A DNA stretch of 64,000 nt from Mobula birostris (Eukaryota). This document shows positions 24,601 through 36,149 of the stretch, one piece after another. The DNA lies in contig NC_092374.1 of NCBI RefSeq assembly GCF_030028105.1, positions 90,238,491-90,302,490 of the forward strand, in the 5' to 3' direction. The notes under the pieces were generated by a model. It saw nothing but the letters and a program-made list of their open reading frames with translations. It ran no database searches and was not told the DNA's origin. Made by a program: the position numbers and the translations under genes. Positions within the stretch are counted from its first letter, which is position 1. Each line of letters starts with the position of its first letter.

Positions 24601-27600
24601 CAGTTTTCTCTCATAATCTTTTTTCCCCTTCCTAATTAAGCCCTTTGTCCTCCTCTGCTGAACTCTGAATTTCTCCCAGTCCTCAGCTGAGCCACTTTTT
24701 CTGGCTAATTTGTATGCTTCTTCTTTGGAATTGATACTATCCCTAATTTCCCTTGTCAGCCATGGGTGCACTACCTTCCTTGATTTATTCTTTTGCCAAA
24801 CTGGGATGAACAATTGTTGTAGTTCATCCATGCAATCTTTAAATGCTTGCCATTGCATATCCACCGTCAACCCTTTAAGTGTCATTTGCCAGTCTATTTT
24901 AGCTAATTCACGTCTCATACCTTTCAAAGTTACCCATCTTTAAGTTCAGAACCTTTGTTTCTGAATTAACTATGTCACTCTCCATCTTAATGAAGAATTC
25001 CACCATATTATGGTCACTCTTACGCAAGGGGCCTCTCACGACAAGATTGCTAATTAACCCTTCCTCATTGCTCAATACTCAGTCTAGAATAGCCTGCTCT
25101 CTAGTCGGTTCCTCGACATGTTGGTTCAAAAAACCATCCCGCATACATTCCAAGAAATCCTCTTCCTCAGCACCCTTACCAATTTGGTTCACCCAATCTA
25201 CATGTAGATTGAATACTGTTATTTATGGGTGGGAAATGACCTACCTGGGGAAAGAACCATTGCCGTACCTCTGCCACAGAGTCGGGCCCTGTGTATCAGT
25301 AGGGTAGGGAACTGAAAAGGATGGCAGCAGTAAGTGGGGACTCTGTAGTCGGGGGACAGATAGGTGATTTTCTGTGGATGCAGAAAGGGAACACGGATGG
25401 TAGTTTGCCTTTCAAGTGCCAGGGTCTGGGACGCTTCTGGACGCATCCACAATATTCTGAAAAGGGAGGGTGAGCAGCCAGAAGTCGTTGTCCATATTGG
25501 TACCATTGACATAGGAAGAAAAACGGAGAAGGTCCGAAAAAAGATTATAGGGAATAAGGAAGGAAGGTGGGTAGCAGGTCCTCAAGGGTAGTAATCTCAG
25601 GATTGCTGCCTGTGCCAAGCGACATTGAGGATAGGAATTGAGTGAGGAGGCAGATAAATGCATGACTGAAGAATTGGAGCAGGGGCAGAGATTTAGATTT
25701 CTGGATAATTGGCACCTCTTCTGGGGCAGATGAGACCTGTACGAAAGGAACGTGTTGCACTTGAATCCAAAGAAGACCAATATTCCTGCGGACAGTTTTA
25801 CTGGAGCTGTTGGGAGTGGTTTAAACAAATATGGCAGGAGGATGGGAAAGAGGATGATAGAGCTGAGAATGTGCCAGCATGTTTACAGGTAGATGATGGG
25901 TGTGACATTAATGTGAGGAAGGACAAGCCAATATTTGGGTACAAATGCAGACAGAACAAAGAGTTAAATTTTTCCACAGAGGCAAAATTCAAAAGGGTGA
26001 AGAAAGCAGGACTGAATGTGCTGTTTTTAAATGTGCATAGCATTCAGAATAAGGTGCATGAACATAGCACAATTAGAGATTGGTTAGTATGACTCCGTGG
26101 GCATAGCCAAGTTGTGGCTTAAAGAAGGCCATAGTTGGGAGCATAACATGAAAGGATATGCTTTGTATCAAAAGCACTGGCAGGAGACGTATAGGCGATG
26201 CTGGCTCTGTTGGTAAGAGATGGAATTTCATCTTCAGAAAGAGGTGGCATAGGGCTAAAGAATGTTGAATCTTTGTAGGTGGAGTTAAGAAACTGCAAGG
26301 GTAAAAATACCATTATGGGAATCATACATAGACCTCTAAATAGTAGCCAAGATGTAGGGTTAAGATTGCAAAAGGAATTGCAAAAGGCATGTAACAAGGG
26401 TAATGACACAATTGTAATTGGGACTGCAAATATGCAAGGGGTTTGGGAAAAACAGGTTGATGGCAGATTGCAAGAGAGGGTGGTTGTTGAATGCCTATGA
26501 AGAGGCTTTTTAGAGCAGCTTGTGCTTCAGTTTAATTGGGGAAAGGCTATCTTAGACTGGGTGTTGTGTAATAACCCAGATCTTTTTAGGGAGCTTAACG
26601 TAAAGGAACCCTTAGGAGGCAATGATCATAATATGATTGAATTCATACTGCAATTTTAGTGGGAGAAGCATAATTCACATGTATGAGTATTACAATAGAA
26701 TAAAGGGAACTACAGAGGCATGAGAGAGGTGCTTGCCCAGGAGGACTGGAGGAGGATACTGGCAGGGATGACAGCAGAGCAGAAATGGCTGAGATTTCTG
26801 GGAATATTTCATAAGGTGCAGGATAGATATGTCCGACAGAAGTTCTCAGATGGCAGGGGTAGGCCTCCTTGGCTGACAAGGGAAGTTAAGAACTGTATGA
26901 AAGCCAAGGAAAGGTCGTATAAGGTAGCAAAATCGAGTGGGAAGTTGGGTGATTGGGAAGCTTTTAAAATCTAACAAATTCTAAGCTATAAGAAGGGAGA
27001 AGATGAAATATAAGTACAGGCTAGCCAATCATATAAAGCAGGATACCAAGTGCTTTTTCAGTTAATTAAAGAGTAAATGGGAGCTGAGAGTTGAAATTAG
27101 ACTGCTAGAAAATGATGCTGGTGACGTAGTAATAGGCACAAAGAAATAGTAGATGAACATAATGGGTAATCTGCATCTGTCTTCACTATGGAAGACACTA
27201 GCAGTCAGCCAGAGGTCCATGAGTGTCAGAGAGCAGGAGTGAGTGCCATTGCTATTACAAAGGAAATAGTACTATGTAAACTCAAAGATCTTAAGGTGGA
27301 TAAGTCACCTGGACCAGATGGACTACATCCCAGAGTCCTGAGAGAGGTTGCTGAAGAGATGGTGGATGCATTGGTCATGATCTTTCAAGAATCCCTTGAT
27401 TCTGGCATGGTCCCAGTGGACTGTGAGATTGGAAATGTCATTCCACTGTTTAAGAAGCGAGAAAGGTAAAAGAACAGAAATGATAGGCCAGTTCGCCTAA
27501 CCTGAGTGGTTGGAAAAGTGCTGGAGTCTATTATTAAGGATGAGGTTTCAAGGTACCTGGAGAGTAATGGTAAAATAAGTCAAAGTCAGCATGGTTTCTG

Positions 27601-30600
27601 CAAAGCGAATCTTGCCTGACAAATCTATTAGAGTTCTTCGAGGAAGTACTGGAATGGATAGAGGAATGACTGACAGGCAGGAGGCAGCAACTGGGAAGAA
27701 ATGTGGCCTTTACTGGTGGGCTGCCCGTGACTAGTGGCGTTCCTCAGGGGTCAGTATTGGGACCACTACTTTTCACATTGTTTGTAAATGATTTAGATAA
27801 TGGATTTGATGGCTTTCTGTCAAAGTTTGCAGAAGATATGAAGGTAGATGGAGGGGTAGGTAGTGCTGTGGAAGAATGGGCAAAAAAGTGGCAGATGGAA
27901 TACTGTGTTCGGAAATGTATGCTATTACATTTTGGTAAAAGGAACAATAGTGCGGACTATTATCTAAATGGGGAGAAAATTCAAACAAAAGTGGTGCAAA
28001 GGGACCTAGGGAGGGATCCTCATGCAAGACTCCTAGAAGGTTAATTTACAGGTGGAGTCTGTGGTAAAGAAGGCAAATGCAATGTTGGCATTTATTTCAA
28101 GCAGGAATAGAATATAAAAACAAGCAGATAATGCTGAGGATTAATAAGACGGAAGTCAGGCTGCATTTGGAGTATTGTCAATAGTCTTGGGCCCCATATC
28201 TCAGAAGGGATGTGTTATCAATAGAAAGGTTCCAGAGGAGGTTCACGAAGATAATTCCAAAAATGAAGGGGTTAACATATGAGGAACATTTGGCAGCCTT
28301 GGGCCTACACGCACTGGAACTTACAAGAATGCCTGGGGATCTCAATGAAACCAACCGAATGTTGAAAGGTGGATGTGGGGAGGATGTTTCCTGTGGTGCA
28401 GTTACCAGAACTAGAGGGCACAGCCGCAAAATTGAGGGGCAACCCTTTAGAGCAGAGGTAGGGAGGAATTTTTTTTAGCCAGATAGTTGTAAATCTGTGG
28501 AATGCTCTTCCACAGACTGAGGGGGAGGCCAAATCTGTGGGTATATTTCGGGCAGAAGTTGATCGTTTCCTAATCAGTCAGAGCATCTAAGGATCAAGCA
28601 AGAAGGCAGGTGGGTTGGTGGGATCTGGGATCAGCCATGATGGAATAGCAGAGCAGAGTCCATGGGCTGAATGGCCTGTTTTATGGTCTTATGGACACTT
28701 AGTAGCTATCATATTAAGTATACCTGTACAACTGCTGGTTAATGCAAATATTTAATCAGCTAATTATGTGACATGACCTCAACGCAAATAATGCATGCAA
28801 ATATGGTCAAGGTTCAGTTGTTGTTTAAACCAAATCTCTCAATGGGGAAGAAATGCCTTTGAACTAACTTGGACATTAGGCCAAGTATCACCGAAACAGT
28901 TGATCTCCTGTGAATTACATGCACAACAGTCTCTAGATTTTACAGAAAATGGTGTGAAAAACACAATTAAAACAGTGAGCATTTGTTCTGTGGGTGAAAG
29001 CACCTGGTTAATGTGAGAAATGAAAGGAGAACGAGCAGTCTGGTTCAAGGTGACAGTGAATCAAATGTCGACACGTTCCAACAGTGGAGTGCAGAAGAGC
29101 ATCTCTGAATGCACAACACACCTAACCTTGAAGTGGATGGGCAGGATGAACTGTTTCAAATGCTGATTTGTTTAACTCTCTACATCTATAGATGTGTGAT
29201 GATTAATGTTGAAACTGAACTTGAAGACAACTCTGGGTTCCACTCTTGCACCAAATAAAGTGGCCACTGAGTAAAGAGCAGGATATCACAGGAAAAGGCC
29301 CTTCGGCCCATGATTTTGTACTGATCCAATAAAACTAGTAATGCCACAGTTAACTAACCTGGCTACATGAAGATATCTCTCCATTCCCTTCATGTCCATG
29401 GGAGGAGTGGTAATTTAAAACTGCTGCAAAAGTTGGTGCATCTCTGGAAATCTTGGCAAAATCATCTGGAGCATTTCAGATCGGAAGGGAATGGACTTTC
29501 CAACAATTCGATATTGAGGCTCCTCACAAATGGTAGGGAAAGTGGGATGAGGCTTGGGGTACATCTGCCGAAGTTTTAATAAAAGCTAAGGCTAACTTGA
29601 GGAGCCAAGTAGCCTAATCCTGCTCCTATTTTCCAAAGAGGACGTGAGAGGGATGGATGGGCTCCGCAAGCCGAGATTCACCATGGTAGAGTTTTCAGTG
29701 AAGGAGGATGGGTGTTACAAAGTCTGGAACCATCGTTCAGAGCCCCAGATTGTGCTCGACGGTGGACTGTGGATGGTACATAAATGGTACACCAAGTCTA
29801 ACGGGAAGCTGATGTGATTCATTCCATCGGACAAGGATCTGCAAGGACAGAGAATGCAGGTTACCTGTAACTGAGCTCCTCTTGATCAGGTAAGTGCCCA
29901 CGGTCCACACCACTGCCAGCAGTACTAGAACCAGCGCCAACCGGATCATTAGGATGGAGCTGTGGCTCAGGTTCTGCATCTCCTGAGTTACTGTGGTCAC
30001 TGTGGGGTCAACGAACCTCCTGTGAGTTGTGATCCAGAGCAGGGACTGAGACACAGCAGGAGAGGGCGGAGAGAGCAACCGGTTGTGAAGGACAGGGGTA
30101 ACACTTGGGATCAAGTTTGGAGATTGTGACCCAATGCCACAGGAGACGGGAGAGTCAGGGGCGCGGCGGGGGGGGTGGAATCTGAATAATCCTGAGGTGG
30201 CTCTGACTCTGAAGAGTTGTGATTGTGATTCAGCACAGACACAAGGTCCCAAGCACGAGGATGTTCCACACCTTGAGGAGAGGTGGACTCAAAGACTGTG
30301 ATGACAACAGTGAGTCAAACCGGAAGCATCCTAGGACTTGGAGAGAGGGGACTTGAATTTTACAAGGAAGAACGTGATTACAAAAACAAAAATCAAGGTC
30401 CATTATAGTCCAAATTAATATAGAGTTGGTCTATTAAAGTAGTGGTTGGTTTTCTGTCAGTTGCCTGAAGAACCAGATGTCTGAAGGGATGTAGCTATTC
30501 TTGAACCTGGTGGTGTGGGACTTCACTCCTCTATACCTGCCGCCGTGTGGCAGCTGCCTGAAAATGATATTCAGCAGTTGGTTGGATCATTCATTATGGA

Positions 30601-33600
30601 CGTTGCTCGCTGATCAGTAAGTTCACAGATAAGCGTAGATCCCTTAAAGGTGCTGTGCAAGTCGATAGGGTGGTTTGGAAGGTATATGGTCGGGGGGGCG
30701 CCATCACTAGTGGGGGCGATGGAGTTCACGAGCTGTGAGGTGATGTTACCACATTATAAAATCCTGATTAGATCACATTTGGAATGCCACATTCACTTCT
30801 GGTTACCACTGTACTGGAATGCTGTAGATGCATCAGAAAGGCCACAGAGGAGATTTAGAGGGATGGTATTTGTACTAGAGAGTCTTTCCAATGAAGGGAG
30901 GTTGAGTGAGCTCATGCTGTTCTCTTTGGAGCAATGCAGGATGAGAGGTGACTTGATAGAGAGGCACAAGATGATAAGAGACCTGTATTCAGTGGGCAGA
31001 CAGTGACATTTCCAGGGGTACAATGCTGAATAGGAGGTGGTGTACTTGTAAAGTGATTGGAGGGAAGTATCTGGGGGGAATTTATAGGTAAGTTTGTATT
31101 TACACAGACAGTTGTGGATGCATGAAACACCCTGCCAGTGTTCGCAATGGAGGCACATACGTTAGAGGTATTTGAAAAGCTCATAGATAGGGTCAAGGAT
31201 GATAGAAAAATGGAGGACTATGTAGGAAGGCTGTGTTAAATTAATCTTAGGGTAGGACAAAATTCCGACAGAACATATGAGTTGAGGGGCCTGTGTTAGA
31301 GATCAAGGCGTTAGAGAAGAGAAGGTGGCGGTGCGACACAACACGTAGCGACCACTCCAGAATGAATATCTGTTATTTGTTAAGTAGGGTGCCGTGCACA
31401 ATCCTGATTTGATGGAGACGGACATGAGAAGCATGGAGGAACATCTGGTGAGACTTCTGAAATGCCTGTTTCGCTGCTGCTGCTACTGTGCGATCCAGAA
31501 TCTCGAGAGGGGAAGGTCCTGAATCCTCGGCTTTGCCTGTTGCTTGGTGGATAGGGCTGGGATCGAAGTGCTCGGCAGAGATGGTGTTCGGTGCTCGATG
31601 TCGGAGGGCTGGTCAGGGGCTTGAAGTTTTTGGACGGACTCAGAATTAGCTGTGGTCGGGTGCTTCCCGGGTGCTGCATCAGCAAGTTTGTGGTGCTGGA
31701 GGTTCATAGCAGGGAGAGTTTTTCTTCCTTTGACTGTCTGCTTGAGATGATGGGGCTATTGGGACTCTGAGACTTTTTTTTTACCGTGCCCATGGTCTGC
31801 TCTTTATCAAATTATGGTATTGCTGTGCACTGTTGTAACTATATTTTATAATTACGTGGTTTTTGTCAGTTTTAGTCTTGGTCTGTCTTGCGTTTCTGTG
31901 ATATCATTCTGGAGGAACATTGTATCATTTCTTAATGCATGCATTACTAAATGACAATAAACGAGGACTGAGTGCCCTCATACTCTAATCTACTGTGCTG
32001 TAATGTTCTCTGTTCTCCAATGCAACATCAATGATATTGCTGACAATGTGGAGGGTAAACTTGTCAATACTAAAACTCATTGTGTTGGTGAAATCGGCTG
32101 AGATATCACTGAGGGTATTTATTCTGGAGAAGTTTGAGGTAAAAGTCATTCTGAACATTGATGAGACCAGGACATGGACTACTGAGGGAGAGAGTGGAGG
32201 GGGTGTTCTCACGACAGAAAGTGTGAAGAATGTCCACAGGATATCATCTGGGACAGAGTGCTTCAGTAATGAGGAGGGACTTGCGCTGTATTCCCTGGAA
32301 TGGACATGGTTGTGCAGGAACATGATTGAGGTACACATGCCCATGAGGGCAGAGACAGGGTAGATTACAGGTGATATTCCATAAAACATAAAGGTTTAGG
32401 CTAAGGGATTTGGAGGGGGTCTGAGAAGGAAGTTTCACACAGAGAGCGGTGAGTATTTGGAACCCACTGCCAGAGAGGGAGGGGCGGAGCAGTCACTGAC
32501 ATCCTTTCGGAATTATCTACACCAGTACCTGAACTATCCAGGGACAGGTACAGGACGAAGCCCCGGAGGTGAGCTTAATATGGGTGGCAGTCAATCGGTC
32601 AGTATGGATGTGATGGACTGAGTGGACTGACCTCCTGCAGGAGGAGAATGTGAAAACATGAAGCTGGGTTGATGCACAGGGATTAATTGAAACAACATTT
32701 AGACAAGAGCAGAGGTCAGGGTAAGGATTCAGGACTCACCTCTCACTGACAGAAATGTCCCCGAGATGCTGAGCCATTTAATTGGCTTCCGATGATCTTC
32801 CAAAATTGTCACACGGCAGAAATAAAAATTGGAGTCATTTCCTTTCAACCGATGTAAGCGGATGGAGCCGGTCTTGTCTCGAAGTGCGGAGCCCAGGAAT
32901 TCGATCCGGCCTCGGTATTCACCGAGTGCGCTGTTTCGTGAAGAATCGAATATCTCTGTACCAAAGAAGCCACCAACTCTCCAAGTGATATGAATGTCTC
33001 TGGGTGTATCAGTGTCCGGGTAAGTGAAGGAACAGGGGAGAATGACGGACCCACTCTCTGCAGCCTCCTGGTACCCCAGCTGCTTCACCAGGAACTCACG
33101 GCTACCGGTCGGTGCTGAGGGAAAAGGGAGCAAACGATGAATCGGGAACCGCCTGTCACGTTTCGTTCGGCGGAAAATCATCCCTTAGTACTCTCAGCAA
33201 CAGACTAATACCTGCACTCTGAATAATAAACTGGTCCAATCCAAACGAAATCGTCTACTCTACAAGCCTGTGACCACCAAAGAGGAATTAGGCAAACCAG
33301 ACATCGATCCCTGAGCCGCTGGATAAGATGTCGGCATCAAACTCACTTTAGTGGACCTGCCATTCTCAACAAAAAAAAATCGTTTAAACCCTTGGATTAG
33401 CTCACAACGTGTAACCCATAGATGTGAATTTGTTATTCTATTTATAATCCGGAAGATCCAACAATAGATCGCAGCCTGTAACTCTCTCTGGGCATATATT
33501 TCTAAATACTATAATCCTCTGAACCCGCGATTGTAGTCCAGTCTGCAACTCACTCCCGGGCATCTGTGTATCGCTAGGCAAACAATCTGAACACCAGATT

Positions 33601-34521
33601 AGATTCTGGTCCATATCCAACTCCCGCAGTTTCATCTGCTTCGTCTGCCTGTCTAATTCATTATTCGGCACAGAGACATGTAAACTCCGTAAACCCGCAG
33701 CTTCCTCCATTTACCACTCGTTGTTCCCTCACCTGCAACACTCCAACCCCAGACAACACCTCCAGCCTCATCAAACTACGTACACGGTCTCTGAGACAGA
33801 GGAAGGGGTTCTCACCTTGAACCGACAGGACGGTCCCAGGACCTGTGTACTCTTCCCGCAAGATCACCACACTGCAGAAGTACATGTTCGTGTCCCTTTC
33901 TTTGACCTGGAGTAAGCGGATGGAGCCCGTCTTGTCTCTAAGTGGCGAACCCAGGAACTTGATTCGGTCACTGAACACTTTGTGTGTGTAGTTATCCAGA
34001 TACCTGAATATATCTGTCTTGTAGTGAATGCGAACTCTCCATCTGATGTCAATGTCTCGGAGTGAGGAGATTTCCGGGTGGGTAAAGGTGCAGGTGAGAG
34101 TGACGGACTCGTTCTCTACAGCCTCCATGTATTTCGGCTGCTCCACCCGGAAGCCACTTCCGCTGCTCCATGCTGAGGGAGAGGGAGGGAGCAAATGGTC
34201 ATTTGGGAACCTCCACCCACATGTCACCCGGCGGATAATCAGCCCGTAATTCTCTCAGCGCCAGGCAAGTCCCTGCCCTCTGATTGACAGACCGAGCTCC
34301 AGAACAATTCTTTCTCCTCTCAAACCCGTTAAATCCAAATTGCAACAGACCCGCATTACCAACCACCAGCACCCTGACCCGACGTGGATAACTTCACTCA
34401 CTGAATTGTGAACTCACTCTCCCTCCTGCATACTCACTTTCAAGAGCTCTTTACAAATCTAGTTGTCAGCATATTTTTTGTTTACAGAATTTGACATTTG
34501 ACATTTACCTCGAACCCTCGC

Positions 34522-34596
<75 letters not shown>

Positions 34597-35194
34597 GATT
34601 CCAGCCTGTACCTTCAGAATCTGCTGTACACTGATAAACACCTTAAAACCTTTTATTGGATTCCGATCTGTAACTATCCCCGGGAATCTGTTATTGACGG
34701 AGTGAAAGCCTAAAATCACATCTTGCTCTGCCGCCCTTCGAGCTCTCTCTGCCCGATCTGTCCCTGTCCTCTATCCGATCAGCTACACAAGCCGCAACGA
34801 ATGGGTCTCGCTCGAAAAACCTATTCACTTCAGCAACCCCCCAACTTTAACCCCGACTTTAGCAACAGGCCTTTCCCGGATCTCCTGTTCCCTATTTCTA
34901 CTCTTCTTACCAGTTAGCGGTGGGGGCACTTGGTGTTGTTCCTAATCTCCGGTGTGGGTGCTATTCAAATACAGGCATTTGTTTCTCCAACCCGGGACAG
35001 CATCACACGGGCTTCCTCTCTGAAATGGAGAGGTGGGACCGGAGCAGGACCTCCATAAACAGTGCCGAGTATTTTAGGAGGAGTTGGCTGATGAGCGGGG
35101 TGGTGAGGAATGGGGATAGAGGTGGTACGGAATGAAGCTGAGTCTACTCACCCACTGTCAACTGTAGAAACACCAGACAGAGCGAAACGTCCAT
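21593..35194 (-). CDS. Gene A: two-V-domain Ig-superfamily receptor (PILR/Siglec/NKp30-like), join(35194-35152, 34172-33816, 33114-32740, 29999-29865, 21645-21593), about 320 aa
   Basis: Five exons with GT/AG ends, all introns phase 1, and the summed length of 963 nt is one open frame: signal peptide, V1, V2, short stalk plus TM with Arg, tail ending QETQL*. The TM-exon acceptor and the choice of last exon are inferred. Confidence 0.8.
22260..28690 (+). mobile_element. Older near full-length CR1 (host of the nested CR1)
   Basis: ORF1 remnant 25364-25591, endonuclease remnants about 26000-26700, RT remnants 27188-28478; paralogous to 42920-46930. Confidence 0.85.
22727..25208 (-). mobile_element. 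Young CR1 LINE, 5'-truncated, 702-aa open RT region, nested in an older CR1
   Basis: ORF 22819-24927 ([25 protein letters not shown]); (gaaacata)n tail; ttgaa at 22722-22726 and 25209-25213. Confidence 0.92.
28695..29275. mobile_element. Tc1/mariner-like non-autonomous element (TIR ..cagtggccactttatt)
   Basis: Right end aataaagtggccactgagt with a degenerate left end; related copies at 15480-15590 (truncated) and 58380-58895. Confidence 0.55.
29678..29766 (-). CDS. Possible alternative short-tail exon of gene A (VHRRAQSGALNDGSRLCNTHPPSLKTLPW*)
   Basis: Phase-1 acceptor ccatccacag after a 98-nt intron; ATTAAA about 100 nt past the stop (29580-29575). No paralogous copy is available to test conservation. 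Confidence 0.35.
29865..29999 (-). CDS. Gene A stalk/transmembrane exon with TM arginine
   Basis: TTVTQEMQNLSHSS-ILMIRLALVLVLLAVVWTVGTYL-IKRSSVT, then donor ACAG|GTAAC. The phase-1 acceptor ccccacag|TG gives 135 nt, but other upstream AGs exist, so the 5' edge is uncertain. Confidence 0.78.
31320..31980 (+). mobile_element. Unclassified interspersed repeat; inverted copy at about 60770-61390
   Basis: Shared 3' segment ggaggaacattgtatcatttcttaatgcatgcattactaaatgacaataaa and shared tcgtgtccgttcgggaatt-type internal sequence. Confidence 0.55.
32740..33114 (-). CDS. Gene A Ig V-set exon 2 (PILR/Siglec-like)
   Basis: 375 nt, acceptor ctcccttttccctcag|CA and donor AGAG|GTGAGT. Motifs GSVILPCSFTYP, DIHITWR, YFCRV and WLSISGTFLSV. 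Confidence 0.92.
33816..34172 (-). CDS. Gene A Ig V-set exon 1
   Basis: 357 nt, acceptor tccctccctctccctcag|CA and donor CAAG|GTGAG. Canonical V residues: SVTLTC, IRW, GSIRL, D-x-x-x-YFC, and J-like TGPGTVLSV. Confidence 0.92.
34527..34594. repeat. (TG)34 microsatellite in gene A intron 1
   Basis: Pure TG run; the homologous site in gene B (about 15745-15773) is a short interrupted TG tract. Confidence 0.97.
35152..35194 (-). CDS. Gene A leader exon MDVSLCLVFLQLTV
   Basis: gcgccATGG Kozak context, 43 nt, hydrophobic peptide, phase-1 donor G|GTGAGT; joins in frame to AWSSGSG-FRVEQ of V1. Confidence 0.85.
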
Positions 35195-35900
35195 GGCGCC
35201 TCACCCACCGACACCTCCTCTCTGGACCTGATCGCGTCGGTCGGTAACACTGACTATGAATCACGACTGCCCTGTCACTGAATCAATGCTTTGCTTTCTT
35301 TAATGTCCTGATTCTGCCTCCAGCTCTTCAGTTGCGTCACCTCTCGGGACATTTCCCTTGCTCCTGCCCCACCCGCTGGTCCCTACAAGTGGGGAGTGAG
35401 GTGAATTTTCCTGCGGTGAGGAGTTGGTGACGGGAGAGTCAGTGAAGCAGGAAAGCATCACCTCAAACGAGTGAGGCGCAGGTTGGAGCAGGAGGCGGGA
35501 GTTGTGATAAGTGTTGTGTCTCCACACGTATTGCAGAGTTCAAATGTTCTGAAGCCTGAAAGAGACACTTTTTGCAAATTATTGGGAGGAAATTGATTGG
35601 TTAATTAGCTGATTGGCAGCAGCCAGAAACAGAAGTTAGGAGCCTGCAAACAGCCATTGATTCTTGCCAAACAATCGCTTATCATTAGGATATAAATGTA
35701 GAGGTGCCTTTCGTGAGAGGGATACGAAATCCAGAATTAAAAAGTCTATTTGATCACTGTAGCAACTAGGGTTGGGATAAAGAAAGCGAAGGACGGCATT
35801 TATACGAAATTCAGCGGATAGTGGGAATTCAAGTGGGACGTTGGTATAAAAGGACTAAGAAGTTATACTGATATGTTTTTGTATTGGACATGCTTTTAAA
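35195..35900 (-). promoter_or_regulatory. Conserved 5'UTR/promoter block, copy 3 (gene A)
   Basis: Paralogous to 263-990, with the same conserved core. Confidence 0.55.
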
Positions 35901-36149
35901 TAGTTTATTTATTGAGTTATAGCACGGAATGGGCCTTCCCGGTTCTTCGAGATGCGCCACTCAACTGCCCCCCATTGAACCCTGGCCTAATCACGGGACA
36001 ATTTACAATGACCAATTAACCCACCAACCTGTCCGTCTTCGGACTGTGGGAGGAAACCGGAACACCGAGAGGGAACCCACTGGGTCACAGGGTGAACGTC
36101 CAGATTCATTACAGACATAGACACCAGTATCAAGCATATTAATTCTGTT

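Noticed and set aside
29737-30252. 171-aa ORF as a long mucin-like stalk plus TM
   Set aside because: The upstream part is pyrimidine-rich intron-like sequence and the strongest upstream acceptors are in the wrong phase; only 29999-29865 is treated as exon. A longer stalk from the phase-1 AG near 30192 cannot be fully excluded.
31985-32389. 134-aa ORF as a host exon between V2 and TM
   Set aside because: No Ig motifs or suitable splice sites; it resembles a highly decayed Penelope-like fragment.
34300-34520. Alternative leader exon immediately upstream of V1
   Set aside because: Candidate donors (GTAATG, GTGAGT, GTAAAT) have no open ATG-initiated hydrophobic frame; the exon at 35194-35152 fits.
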